Source: Torpedo marmorata (Eukaryota). Taken from it: a DNA stretch of 64,000 bases. The notes beneath the pieces were generated by a model. That model was not told the DNA's origin. It did no database searches and worked only from the letters and a program-made list of their open reading frames with translations. The DNA lies in contig OZ360236.1 in assembly GCA_977017645.1 (NCBI GenBank), forward strand, positions 76,756,001 to 76,820,000, written 5' to 3'. Within the stretch, counting starts at the first letter, position 1. Each line of letters starts with the position of its first letter. The position numbers and the translations under genes are program-made. Below are positions 52,841 through 64,000 of this stretch, piece by piece.

Positions 52841-53115
52841 CTCAGAGTACAGACCAAGCTGGGTTTCCAACACTCCAGTGTGTGCAGCACAATGTGCTTC
52901 ACTGGCCTCCCTCTCCTCTCTGGGGCTGCCTGACTGTGATGTCACTGGATGTCTTCCCCGGACCTGCCCCTCCCTCTCCGGTGGAGAGGAGCATGGCTGA
53001 TTTCCAGCTAGGTGGAAGGTGCACGCTGCCCGCTGCAGAGGTGGTTGTGAGTCATGTCTCTGGATGTATCGTTTCCCCGTTTGGTGTCTTACCGTCCTTC
53101 TGTTTTCTCTTGCAG

Positions 53116-53270
53116 CCGAGTTGGAGTTTGTGCAGATAATCGTGATTGTGGGGGTGATGATAGTGATGGTGGTGGTGATCACCTGCCTCCTGAACCACTA
53201 CAAACTCTCCACACGTTCCCTAATCAACAGGCAGAGCCAAATGCGAAGGCAAGACAGCCACCTGCAGTCG
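53116..53270 (+). CDS. LDLRAD4: Internal coding exon of an LDLRAD4/PMEPA1-family gene (TM helix + juxtamembrane region); LDLRAD4-like favoured
   Basis: Polypyrimidine tract + tgcag acceptor ending 53115 and TCG|gtaaga donor at 53271. Phase 1 start, phase 0 end. Encodes (x)[51 protein letters not shown], matching the family motif ELEF.QIII...VMVVVI.CLL.HYK.S.RS. LLNHY, STRS and INRQSQ are LDLRAD4-like, VITC is PMEPA1-like, so the paralogue is less certain than the family. Confidence 0.85.
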
Positions 53271-54049
53271 GTAAGATCCCCCTCTAGAATCTGTGCCCCT
53301 CGGTGGGGGGGGGTGTTGGATGACTTGTGATTGAATGGTGGGCCCTGAGGGTAAATATGAACTGATCTCAGTAAATAGGATCACATATGAGCTGAAGTCA
53401 TAAGCTCAGACACCCCAAAGCACAGTGAAAGTTCTGAGGTACTTTAGTAGCGTAAGGCATTTCCTATCGTCGTGATAGACACCCAAACACCTTGTACATG
53501 CTCAAGAGGCTTCACAAACAGGTAGCTAATCTGTTCTTAATGATGTTCACCGTGGCAACAATGTTTCCCCAGACAATGGAGATAATTCCCCAGCTTGATT
53601 CAACACCTCGGGCACTGTGCAATGCTCACTGCTGACGTACAAGCCGAGAGTATTAGTGAAACTTAAATCCGCAGCAGAAGGAAAATGCAAGAACATCAGA
53701 TGCAGGAACCTTGAGCAAACGGAGAAGCTGACGGGATTCAGCGGGTCAGGCAGCATCCACGGAGAGAAATGGAAAGTCAAAGTTTCCGGTCGGGGCCACA
53801 CAACGCTACGGCACAGAAACAGGCCCTTCAGCCCATCTAGTATGTGCTAAACTGTTATTCTGCCTAGTCCAATTGATCTGCACCCGGACCATACCCATCC
53901 ACACATCTCCCATCATGTACCTATTCACACTCTAAGCCTGTTTGCCTTTCCTACAATACTCCTTGCATTGAAATAGATGCAACTCAGAATGTTATTCCCA
54001 TTATGCACAGCCTTCTGATTCCTGTCTTTGTGTGCCGGCTTAACATATT

Positions 54050-54625
54050 TTTCCACAACTACTCCACTATCTGCTCTGGCACTCTGGTTCCCATCCCCCT
54101 GCAAATCTAGTTCAAACCCACCGGAGCAGCACCAGCAAACCTTCCTGCAAGGATATTGGTCTCACTCCATTTCTGATGCACACTGTCCCAGTGGTCCCAT
54201 CTTCCCTGGAAGAGAGCCTAATGATCCAGAAACCTGAAGCCTTCCTTCCTGCACAACCTCTTTAGCCACGTGTTAAGCTGCATTATCCTCCTACTTCTAA
54301 CCTCTCCAGCACGTGGCACAGGTAGCAATCCTGAGATCACAACCCTGAAGGTCCTGCCCTTTAACTTGGCACCCTACTCCCTGAACTCACTTTGCAGGAC
54401 CTCATCACCCTTCCTACCCACGTCATTGGTCCCTACATGGGCCACGACATCTGGCTCCTCACCCTCCCGCTTGAGAATGCCATGGAATCTATCAGAGACA
54501 TCCTGGCCCCTGGGAGGCAACATACCATCTGGGAGTCACGATCCCGTCCACAGAACCTCTTATCTGTTCCCCTAACTATCAAATCCCTGATCACTACAGC
54601 TCACCTCTTCACTTCCCTTCTAAGC
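54050..54625 (-). mobile_element. CR1 ORF1 (esterase/SGNH-like) fragment
   Basis: Minus strand encodes VVISGLLPVPRAGEVRSRRIMQLNTWLKRLCRKEGFRFLDH, typical of the CR1 ORF1 esterase domain. Confidence 0.65.
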
Positions 54626-56005
54626 CACAGGGTAAAGGGTCCTGACCCGAAACATTGACTAACCATTTCTCACCATGGACGCTGCGTGACCTGCTGAGTC
54701 CCTCCAGTTTCTCTTTGTTGAATCCACAGCAGCTGTTTCTGGGGCGAATGGTGCCAATATTTGGCCATGAACTACCAAGTTTCCATACCCAAAGAGCTGG
54801 GGTGTCTCCTGAGGCCTTTTATAACGAGCTCTGTCCCTCTCCCTTCCGGCTCCTTAGTGGGAGTGGTAGATTCCAGCTCCGGTTGCACATCCTGGCAACA
54901 ACAAGGGTTAAACTCTGAGGTGTGGAGACGCACAGGAAGCTGTGGATGCTGGGATCTGAAGCCAATCGCAATCTGCTGGAGGAACTCAGTGGATCAGAGG
55001 TAGAAAAAGATTGGTCGCTATTTCGAGCCAAAACCCTTCATCGAGACTGGGGAAATTTAGGAGAAGTTGGTGTGAAAAGGACAGGTGGAAGAGGGCTCTC
55101 TGTCCCACCCCTCCCACTCTGGCCTCTTTACACTGGCATCCACACTTCTATCTGTTACCCTCTCTGGCTGCTGCCTGACCCACTGAGTTCCTCCAGCATT
55201 CCGTGTTGCTCAATGAAGAGTTCCTGCTCGATGGTGTTTTAGCTCGAAACTGGCCATTCTTTCTCTCCCACTGATCCTGCGCGACCCGTGGAGTTCCTCC
55301 AGCAGAGTGTGTATAACGTATAACCCGCTGGTATGTTTTCTGCTCTCTGCCAGTTCTGGAGTGGGAAGTGTGTGTAGAGTCATTAACTGTGGGATGGGGG
55401 AGCGAGTCATAGGCAGGAACAGGCCGTTTGGCCCAACTCATCCATGCCGACCCAGTTGTCTACCTGAGCTTGTCCCATTGGCCCATAACCCTCTGAACAT
55501 TTTCTATCCATGCACCCGTCCAAATGTCTTTTTAACATTGTAATTCTACCCACCTCCACCTCCACCTTTGGAAGCTCCATGTCCACCACCCTCTGCGGGA
55601 AGAACCTGCCCCTTGGGACCTCTTTAAATCTTTCTCCTCATCTTTAACCTATGTCCTCTAGGTTTAGACTCTCCTACTCTGGGGAATAGACTGTGACTGC
55701 TTACCCTATCTCTGCAGAGAGATTTAGATAGATTTATTATCCTCATGTACAATGAAAAGCTTTCTTTTGTGTACCATTCACAGACTAGTAGACTCACTGG
55801 GCTCTTGTACCATCTTAAAAACAGAAAAGGAAGGGAAAGAGAATCCCTTTGGAGGCAGTGAGTGGTTCAGTGTGAGTTAGTTATGTACACAAGGAGAGAT
55901 GCACTAAAATTCTTACTTGCTCCATCCAAACACGTTTGTAAGATACATCAACCACAATAGTAAAAATTTTAATCACCACAAATACAAGACAGAAAAAGAC
56001 GTAAT

Positions 56006-56325
56006 GCATAGTTTTAGCAGTTTCGAAAAAGTGTATAGCTATTACTTGGAAGTCAGATGTAGATTTAAGTTTAGAAAGATGGCATGCAGAATTACGTTCA
56101 TGTATACCATTAGAAAAAATTACCTATAATTTGCGTAATAAATATCATTTTTTCTTGAAAATTTGGGGCCCATATATGAGAATTATGGGTTTAACAATTT
56201 AAATTCTCTGGATATCGGATCCACTGGCGAAAATAACCTCTATGGTAGAATTAGTTTGTAGCTTGTTTTCTCCTCACTCTATTTTTCTATCTTTCTTTTT
56301 TCTTTTTCTCTTTTACTATATATTT

Positions 56326-56356
<31 letters not shown>

Positions 56357-56494
56357 AGAGTAGTGGGGATGTAGGGGTTAGGGAGGGGAGGGTGGGAAGG
56401 GGGGAGAAAATGTATATCACATGTATTTTCAAATATATGCATTTTATTCTATGTATTTTGTGATTTAAAAATTTAAATAAAATTTTTTAAAAAA
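56006..56494 (+). mobile_element. Short L1 3' end inserted into a Rex 3' UTR remnant
   Basis: Encodes VLAVSKKCIAITWKS...CIPLEKITYNLRNK and has an A-rich tail. Perfect 15-bp TSD agaaaaagacgtaat at 55991-56005 and 56495-56509. Confidence 0.85.
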
Positions 56495-57799
56495 AGAAAA
56501 AGACGTAATAAAGGATAAATAAATATTCACAGTTGCAATTAGTGCAAGAAAAAACTGTTTCAGTAGTGCACAGATCTTTTGGTGGTCCTGGAGTAGTTTA
56601 TGGTTAAGGTTAGAGCCGTACAAAAAAAAGTTCGAGCCAGGTAACTGTTGGATAAAAAAATTGCTCTTGAACAGAGAGGTGCTGGGCTTCAGGCCTGAAG
56701 AGTGCAGTGAGAAGAAGTTGTGACCAGGGTGATGGGGGTCCTTTGTGATGTTGTTGAGGATTGAACCGCCACCGCTACTTGTTCCCAGTGTTGCCCAGAG
56801 GCAGGATCCTGTGAATGCTGAGCTATGGCCAAACAATAAGATGACCCGCTCTAACAAATAGCCACCCACTCCTGTCCAAGCACACACTGGGGAAGGCAAC
56901 AAACGACTGCCTTCCTGCCTGTAACAGTGCCAGGTGGTGCCCACAGCGGTGGAGAGGATTCCAGACAGCCAGCTGTCGTGCCGTTTTCACTGACCGCTTT
57001 CCATGAGCCGCAGACCTCAATGTACAACTCCACAGCAGGCTCTGCGTCCAACCCCTCGCTGGCCAGAGCCTGGTCCCCACAGAATGCCAGCTTGTACTGC
57101 CAGCTGCGTGTAGAGCTACAACAATTGAGTGAGTAGGTTTATTCATGCCTGCTGTCTACTGTGAGAGTGACCTAATAGTAAGGCAGCTTGTATAGGAACA
57201 GTTCTGCCTCAGTAACCTGAAGGGTACAAATGACCTTCTCATTGAACAGTAGATCCTGCACAGAAGCACCGTACGAACTGACAATTGCATTAATCAGTAC
57301 TAGCACCTGCCCAGTAGATAGATGAGCAGTCCTTGATCTGAATCCTCAGGCAAGATGAGCAGCGTGCAAGTGAGTAGCCCATTGAACTCTGAGAGTGAAG
57401 GCATGTGGCTTAATGCTTCAGTCAGTGGGACAGGCTCAGCTGCACCTTGTCCTCTGTGCACTTGCTCATAAACACCTCCATCTGTTCTCTTGTCTGCAAA
57501 CAAGACGCCATATCACACTTCCCTAACGTTGCTCCTGTGGCATCCTTGGGTTTATAATGTTCGGAGTGTTTATGTGCTGGATGGAGCTCCCCTTTGCTGC
57601 AAGTGATGTGCAGACTGGTTGCGTCCCTGTTGGCCACAGATCTCCCACTGGGCACTTGCTATTGTCAGTCACCCCTCCTGCCTACCATTCATCCCATCAT
57701 ATAGCATTGTAACTGTGAGCCTGCCTCGTCTCCTTCCATCGTTGTAAACCTGGACCAATACATCTCCAGTCCAGCCAAAGATTGGTTTCGCTCATGATT

Positions 57800-58615
57800 A
57801 AGGGAGAGATTGGAGGTGCAGTGGACAGCGAAGCAGGCTTTAAAAACTTGCAGCTGGACCAGCTGGAAAAATGGGCTGCAAACTGGCCGACGGAATTTAA
57901 TGCAGACAAGTGTGAGGTGTTGCACTTTGGGAGGACTAACCAAGGGAGGACATGCACAGTAAATGGTAGGGCATTGAGGAGTGCGGTAGAACAGAAGGAT
58001 CTGGGAATACAGATACATAATTCCCTGAAAGTGGTGACACAGGTAGATAGGGTTGTAACCATCAAATCAAATCAAAGTACTGAGTACAGTCATTGGAATG
58101 TTATAGTGAAGTTATACAAGACATTGGTGAGGCCAAATTCGGAGTATTTTGTGCAGTTTTGGTCACCTAACTACAGGAAAGATATCAATAAGATTGAAAG
58201 AGTGCAGAGGAGATTTACAAGGATGTTGCTGGGTCTTGAAGAATTGAGTTACAGGGACAGGTTAAACATGTTAGGACTTTATTCCCTGGAGCTTCGGAGA
58301 ATGAAGGGAGATTTGATAGAAGTATACAAAATTTATTTTTCCTCTGAGGTTGGGCAAGACAAGAACTAGAGGACATGGGTTAAGGGCAAAAGGTGGAATG
58401 TTTAAAGGGAACATAGGGAAACTTCACACAGAGTGGTGAGAGTGTGGAACGAACTGCCAGCTGAAGTGGTGAATGTGCGCTCGATTTTGACATTTGAGAA
58501 AAATTTGGAAAGGTACATGGATGGGAGGGGTATGGAGGGCTATGGTCCGGGTGCAGGTTTATGGGGCTGAAGACTAGATTGGCCGAAGGGCCCATGTCTG
58601 CTGTAGTGTTCTATT
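57800..58615 (+). mobile_element. CR1-clade (HER1-like) LINE 3' part
   Basis: ORF 57782-58369 FNADKCEVLHFGR...KDLGIQIH...LYKTLVRP...YFVQFWSP...LERVQRRFTRM-like...RRMKGDLIEVYKI, followed by a CR1 3' UTR. Confidence 0.9.
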
Positions 58616-58954
58616 AGGGAAATGAGCCGGAACTCGAAGATATGGTACGTTCACTTCAACTTCTGGCCACACACTGTTTCAGAGGGGGACAGTGCCCAGC
58701 TGAATCTTATCTCTTATGCCTCCCCAATCCTGGGTAAAAGTTATTCTTCCTCTGCAGCCTATGAGCAACTCACATTCTCTGGCCTTGATAAAAATTAGGG
58801 AGGGTTTTCAGGAGTGACTTAATTTAGATATCGAGACGTGGTTAATTTGACTCCTTGAAAGAGACCAACTCCCTTCTTGCCACATAATTACCATTTATTT
58901 GCACTGCATATCCAGACTTTCACGTGGCACTGGCCTGCAATTATAACCCTTTCC

Positions 58955-59174
58955 NNNNNNNNNNNNNNNNNNNNNNNNNNNNNNNNNNNNNNNNNNNNNN
59001 NNNNNNNNNNNNNNNNNNNNNNNNNNNNNNNNNNNNNNNNNNNNNNNNNNNNNNNNNNNNNNNNNNNNNNNNNNNNNNNNNNNNNNNNNNNNNNNNNNNN
59101 NNNNNNNNNNNNNNNNNNNNNNNNNNNNNNNNNNNNNNNNNNNNNNNNNNNNNNNNNNNNNNNNNNNNNNNNNN
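58955..59174. other. Assembly gap (220 N)
   Basis: Run of N characters. Confidence 1.
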
Positions 59175-60744
59175 AGGTTCTTTTGTATTGTAATTACATA
59201 ATTGCAAAGGTACTTTCTATTGGTGAGGGAGTTTCCCCTAGACTGGACTTGTATTGGAAAGTATATCCCCTGAGTTTGTATTTCACTGCTGCCTTTACTG
59301 AGCCAATTTAGTGCCTTCATCGAAGCTGATTTGCATTCCATTTGGAAGAAGAGTTTGTGAGCGAGTTCATGCACTGTCCTGTTGCCGACCTTTGGGAACT
59401 TGCCAGTGTCCTGTAATCCTGCCAGCTCTCCTCTGCACAGAAGGTGGGGTTGGGTCCCTGTGTCCTCTCTGAATGCTGTGTGTGCTACCAGTACTGACAG
59501 CCACATTGCAGTGACCAGTTCAGGGTCCAGCCCACCTGCAAGGGCAGGGCTTGGTGTCGTGCGACCGAGAAGGGGAAGCCAAGCCCACCGACCTGTTGCT
59601 CTCGACACTCACCTGGAGCTCAGCGGTGTTTGCCGTTACCACGGTGCACCACCCCAGTCATCTCCCGCCCTGCCTGCCAGCCTTCACAGCTGGCTAAGGC
59701 AAGGGGTGGGGGGGGGGTCGGGTTTCCATTCGCACTGTGTGCCGTGTGGCCCAGGTGCTGAAGTTATGCCTCTTGGTTGGCCCCGTAATCGGCACCGTCC
59801 CCCACTCCTCAGCCTGTCACCAGTCCAGGCCAACACCCAGGGGTTCGGGTGGAGCAGCGGGTAGAGCTGCAGCCTCCGAGCTCCAGCGTGGAGTTTGCAC
59901 CATCTCCCTGTGACCGAGTGGGCGTCCTCCCATGTCCCAACTGCTCGGCAGGTTAATTTGGCCGCTGTACATTACCCTAAGTGTGTAGGTGAGTGTGTAG
60001 GGGGGCGTCAATGGGGTTAATGTCGGATATGCGTGGTGGATAATGATTAGCACACATGAAATGGGCTGAAAGGCCTGTTTCCACCTTGTGTGACTGCAAC
60101 TCAAGGTTCAGGTGAACAAGCAAATCCAGCAGCACTGTTTGAGCAGAGGAACGTGCACCCTTATGTCCTGCTCAGCATCTCTTTCTTCCCCAACCCCCTC
60201 CCCCCACCAACAGCACCACAACAACCGATCTCATTGCTGCTTTGCTCAATGCAAACGCCCCTACATTTACAGCGATATTGATGCCTCCAGAGTGTTTCAG
60301 TAATGTCCAAGAAATTGAGCCCATCCTAAATCTTGTAAGTGTGTTTTTTTTTTAATGTTGATGTTAAAAACAAAATAAAAAGAAATCTGCAGTTGCTGAA
60401 CATCTGAAATAAAGCAGAAATACTCAGCAGGTCAGGCGGCATCTGCGGAGGGAGAAAGGCAGTGTTAATTTTCTGGGTTAATGACCTGCCATCAGAAGGA
60501 GGGAGACACATTGTGTTCAATGTTGCAGACAGGGAAGGGTGAGAGGACGGGGACAGCCTGAAGACTGTTGCCACGGCTGATCTGTCTGGAAAAGGGAGGT
60601 GAGTGAAGGACCCATTCACACTTCCACAGGCAACCCAACCCAATAGGGAATGATGGAAATGCCAAGGCACCTTCCACTCCCATGGCTCATCACGTCAGAT
60701 AACCAGCCTGTCCAGTTTGACTATTCTAATGCAAGGTCAGCAAA

Positions 60745-61510
60745 TTCAAGATTCTTTTATTGTCATTCAATAAAGCAGAAAATGTAATATTACATGAAAT
60801 TTCCTTTAGTCTGCTGTAAGGCAGATAAAGAGTCGCCATTAGTATTGCCCAGCACCCCTTACAGTAAGAAAGAGAAGCGAAGGAAAGTCCCTTCTGAGTC
60901 CCCAAGTGTCCGTGGATTCGCCTCCAGCAGCCTCTGCAGCCGCACAACTCCTGTTCGATTCATCGGCAACCCGAGCTCCAGATCCAAACCTCTGACACGA
61001 TCAGGAAGCCTTCAGCGCCCGAGGCCCTTCGGGAGCAGTTCTTGCCCTCAGCACTCCCTCGAATCCCGGCTCCGATACCTGGTTCCCATGAGGCAGTCTC
61101 CAGCAGCCCGTGTGGGTCCCCCGACCGCAAGTCACCCACAGCCCGCTGCTTCTGTAGGTCCTCCAGCCGCTGAGCCCCTCGCTGGTCACCTGGGGTTGCC
61201 TCCTATACTTCTCCTTCTCAACAGGGAGTGTTCTCCCCATTTCTGGTCCGCTGCTCCCCCAGAGTCCGCAACCTCTCATGGGCGCTGCTGAGCACAGGCT
61301 TGGCCATCTTGCCAACAGACCCCGCGGATGCAGGATTTTAAATAAAAATACTGTCAGCTCCTTTAACAGGCCGTTTAACCCTGTAGGGGGCTTTCAGCAT
61401 TCGGACCTGGCGGTTGGACCCAGCAGAGTAGTGCTGAGTCTCCGCTCCCTGCTCTCCCCGGGTCCGCACCAGAGGCATTGCTGCCGTTACAGCAGCTCCA
61501 GCAGCCCCGC
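60745..61510 (-). mobile_element. Unclassified GC-rich non-autonomous retroelement sharing its 3' body with the SINE3
   Basis: 60745-60862 matches 62965-63080 (taaggcaga..agagtcgc...ccagcacccct.aca; ttattgtca tail). The remainder is GC/CpG-rich and has no 5S head. Left boundary is clear, right boundary approximate. Confidence 0.5.
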
Positions 61511-62957
61511 TATTTTTATTTCCAACATTACCTCAGTGTACTCTCTCCCAGATGCTTTCTGCCCTACTGGGTCTTCCCAGCAGTATTTTATTTTAGTTTA
61601 GATCTCCAGCAAATGCTGTTTTTTCTGCATCTGGCAGGTCCAGCATTTTGTTTGTTTGCCTCCCGTTCCCCTGTCTGCTCCCCTTGCGGTGGATCTGCTG
61701 TGCCTCACCGCCCTCCCTCTGCCAGCACCACTACCTCCATGTGGGCGTCTTTCCCCTGGGTCTCCTGCTGGGCATTCCCTCCCCTTCCCTGCAGGATGAG
61801 CACCTGCCTTCCCACTTCTCCCAGATCTGACAAGAGGACATCAACCTGAGGTGTTGATTGTCTCTCTCCACAGATGCTGCCTGATCTGCTGAGTGTTTCC
61901 AGCACATTAGTCACAGCCACCAATTAACCCGCCGACCCACACGTCTCCGGGAATGTGGGAGGAAACCGCGGCACCCAGGGGAAACCCCCGCGGTGGTAGG
62001 GAGACGGGCAGACTCCACACAGGCAGCAGGGGATATCGGAACGGACCCTGGTGCTGTGGGCAATAGCTGTTCCTACTGTGGCCCTTGTGAAATTTAAGCC
62101 TGGTGAACTTGAGGCACAAGTGAGAATTTTCCCAAGGTGCCTCTTTTAAAAGCCAGCAGAATAATTCACCGTCGCTAGACTTGTCATGAAACATCGCAGT
62201 TCTCCTGTTAAAACCAGGAACAAACCTAGACGTGTGATGTGCCATTCTGTGAGAAACAGGCTCAGCAAGTAGGCCAATTCTTAGCAAGGGATCGGAAGCT
62301 AAAGATGCCCGCACGCATGGATCCACAGGCACACCTGGCCCCTACACGTCAGAGTCGTATGCACCTGCTCCTGTATCCTCTGCAATGTCCTTGTACAGGT
62401 GTCACAGCTATTCCAGGCACAATGAACTGCCCCCCCCCCAGTGGCCGGTGAGAATGTGGCCACCACCTTGAATGGAATTGAATTTATTTATTGTCATATT
62501 TATTTATTGCATGATACCTCGCACGGTGAGAAGGTTTCTTCTGCTGGCACACTCCCACAGGTTATCTCTAACGTTCATACAGCTGTGTAAGGAGCACAAT
62601 TTACAGAGTGTAGGATTGCAATGACAAGATCAATTAGCACCAAGCAAGGGCTGCTATGGAGTTCATGCAGGAGCCTGATGGCTGCAGGGAAGAAACTGTC
62701 AAAGTGTGTGCTTTCACACTCATGAGCCTTACCCTGATGGGCCAAGAAAGTGTATCCAGGGTGTGATGGATCTTTCAGTAGGTGTATCAAGATACTGTGA
62801 AAAGCTTTGTTTTGCGTGTTATCCAGGCAGGTCAACCTGTACAATAGTTAGTGCAAAATAAAACATTAGTGCAGAGTATAGTGTGGCAGAGAAAGGATTC
62901 AATTAAAACCGCGTAAGAGGCACATAATTTAGTCATTCTGACGGTGTTACAGATATA

Positions 62958-63191
62958 AAAGTAAAGGTTCCATTATTGTCACGTAATACTACATTTAGAA
63001 TGTAACATACATGAAATTCTTTAATTTTTGTCAACCGTAAGGCAGACAGAGGGTCGCTACTTTGTCCAGCACCCCTCACAGAAACCTACAGCACCTGGTG
63101 TTCCGAGGCGGTCTCCCCTCCAAGTACTGACCAGTCCTGTGCCTACTTAGCTTCTGAGATCAGACAATCCTAGTCGTATTCAGGCTATTGG
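62958..63191 (-). mobile_element. 5S rRNA-derived SINE (SINE3-type) with LINE-like 3' tail
   Basis: Minus strand 63191-63082 matches 5S rRNA (GTCTGATCTCAGAAGCTAAG...GTCAGTACTTGGAGGGGAGACCGCCTCGGAACACCAGGTGCTGTAGG), followed by a non-5S body and a tail ending GTGACAATAATGGAACCTTT. Confidence 0.8.
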
Positions 63192-63419
63192 TGCTGTAAG
63201 AGAGTAGAACGATTGTAGTGGATGCAAGGAAGGGATCTGCTCAGTGCATCTCACAGAAAGTCATCTCGCTCCAGCACTTTCTCCACTATTGTGCGGCTCA
63301 GTTAAACTTCCTATCCTGGCAACTTGAGTGCCCCCGTCAGTTGAAGGTGAGGTGGGAACGGTTTCCAACATGGAGCAAGGAGAACATGACTGCTCTTCAC
63401 CTGCTGAAGAGGGGCAAAG

Positions 63420-64000
63420 TTCAGAGTTCAGATTTATTGTCAGAGTACATACATGACATCACATACAACCCTGATGTTCTGCTTCCTGCAGGCAAGGCAG
63501 AATTTCTACTTATCAATAGTGCAAATAACTGTACTCAAAAAAAAAACGCATACAAAAGAGAGAAATGTAAACAAAGAAAGAAGTGCAAACAAACGGTGCA
63601 ATACAAAAAAAAATTCAATAATAAATAATGTGCAAAGTAAGAGTCCTTAAATGAGTCTCTGAGTTTGTTTAGGAGGGGTAGCAGCTGTTCCTGAACCTGG
63701 TGGTACGAGTCTTGTGGCACCTATACCTCTTTCCTGATGGTAGCAGCGAGAACAGAGCATGTCCTGGGTGTTGTGGATCCTTGATGATTGCTGCTGCTCT
63801 CCGACGGCAGTGTTCCCTGTAGATGTTCTCGATGGTGGGGAGAGTTTTGCCTGTGATGTCCTGGGCTGTGTTCACTACCTTTTGCAGGGCTTTCCGCTCA
63901 GGGATATTGGTGCCCCCATACCAGGCCGTGATGCAGCCGGTCAGCACACTTTCCACCATATGTGTGTAGATGTTTGTCAAGGTTTTCGATGTCATACCAA
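63420..64000 (-). mobile_element. Rex/Babar LINE 3' part, same subfamily as 19200-19754, runs off the window
   Basis: ORF 63669-63995 is nearly identical to the peptides at 19060-19563, and the 3' UTR and tail are shared. Confidence 0.9.

Noticed and set aside
58877-59608. ORFs crossing the N run
   Set aside because: Artefacts of translating through the assembly gap.
63082-63191. Functional 5S rRNA gene
   Set aside because: Diverged or missing 5' end, no tandem array, and fused to a SINE body and tail.
53271-64000. Next family exons (EGCLWPS-type; PPxY/SIM-containing last exon)
   Set aside because: No matching peptide with splice sites found by eye; they may be downstream of the window or in the gap.
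1-64000. Prokaryote-style novel system (operon, defence island) and most short ORFs in the track
   Set aside because: Intron-like, repeat-rich vertebrate DNA. The short ORFs are TE fragments or chance frames, many starting at GTG/TTG.

Overview
Vertebrate genomic DNA, not prokaryotic. It is most likely from an elasmobranch (shark/ray), inferred from HE1/V-SINE-like, CR1, Penelope, Rex-Babar and L1 repeats. The window is almost entirely intronic. The only convincing host coding sequence is one 155-nt + strand exon (53116-53270) encoding the transmembrane/juxtamembrane segment of an LDLRAD4/PMEPA1-family TGF-beta/SMAD inhibitor, slightly closer to LDLRAD4. The rest is a dense, often nested transposon landscape with several insertions delimited by target-site duplications (TSDs). 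Main points: a TSD-flanked, 3'-truncated 7SK retrocopy; a 5S-rRNA-headed SINE3 that shares its body with an unrelated element; young Penelope copies carrying minimal hammerhead-ribozyme motifs; a CpG-rich hAT MITE and a CAGAC-rich minisatellite just upstream of the exon; a double inverted hAT MITE; a 5'-inverted L1; a near-perfect 4x66-bp tandem repeat; and a 220-N assembly gap. I found no evidence for a wholly new multi-gene system. Family assignments come from recognised motifs, not database searches.
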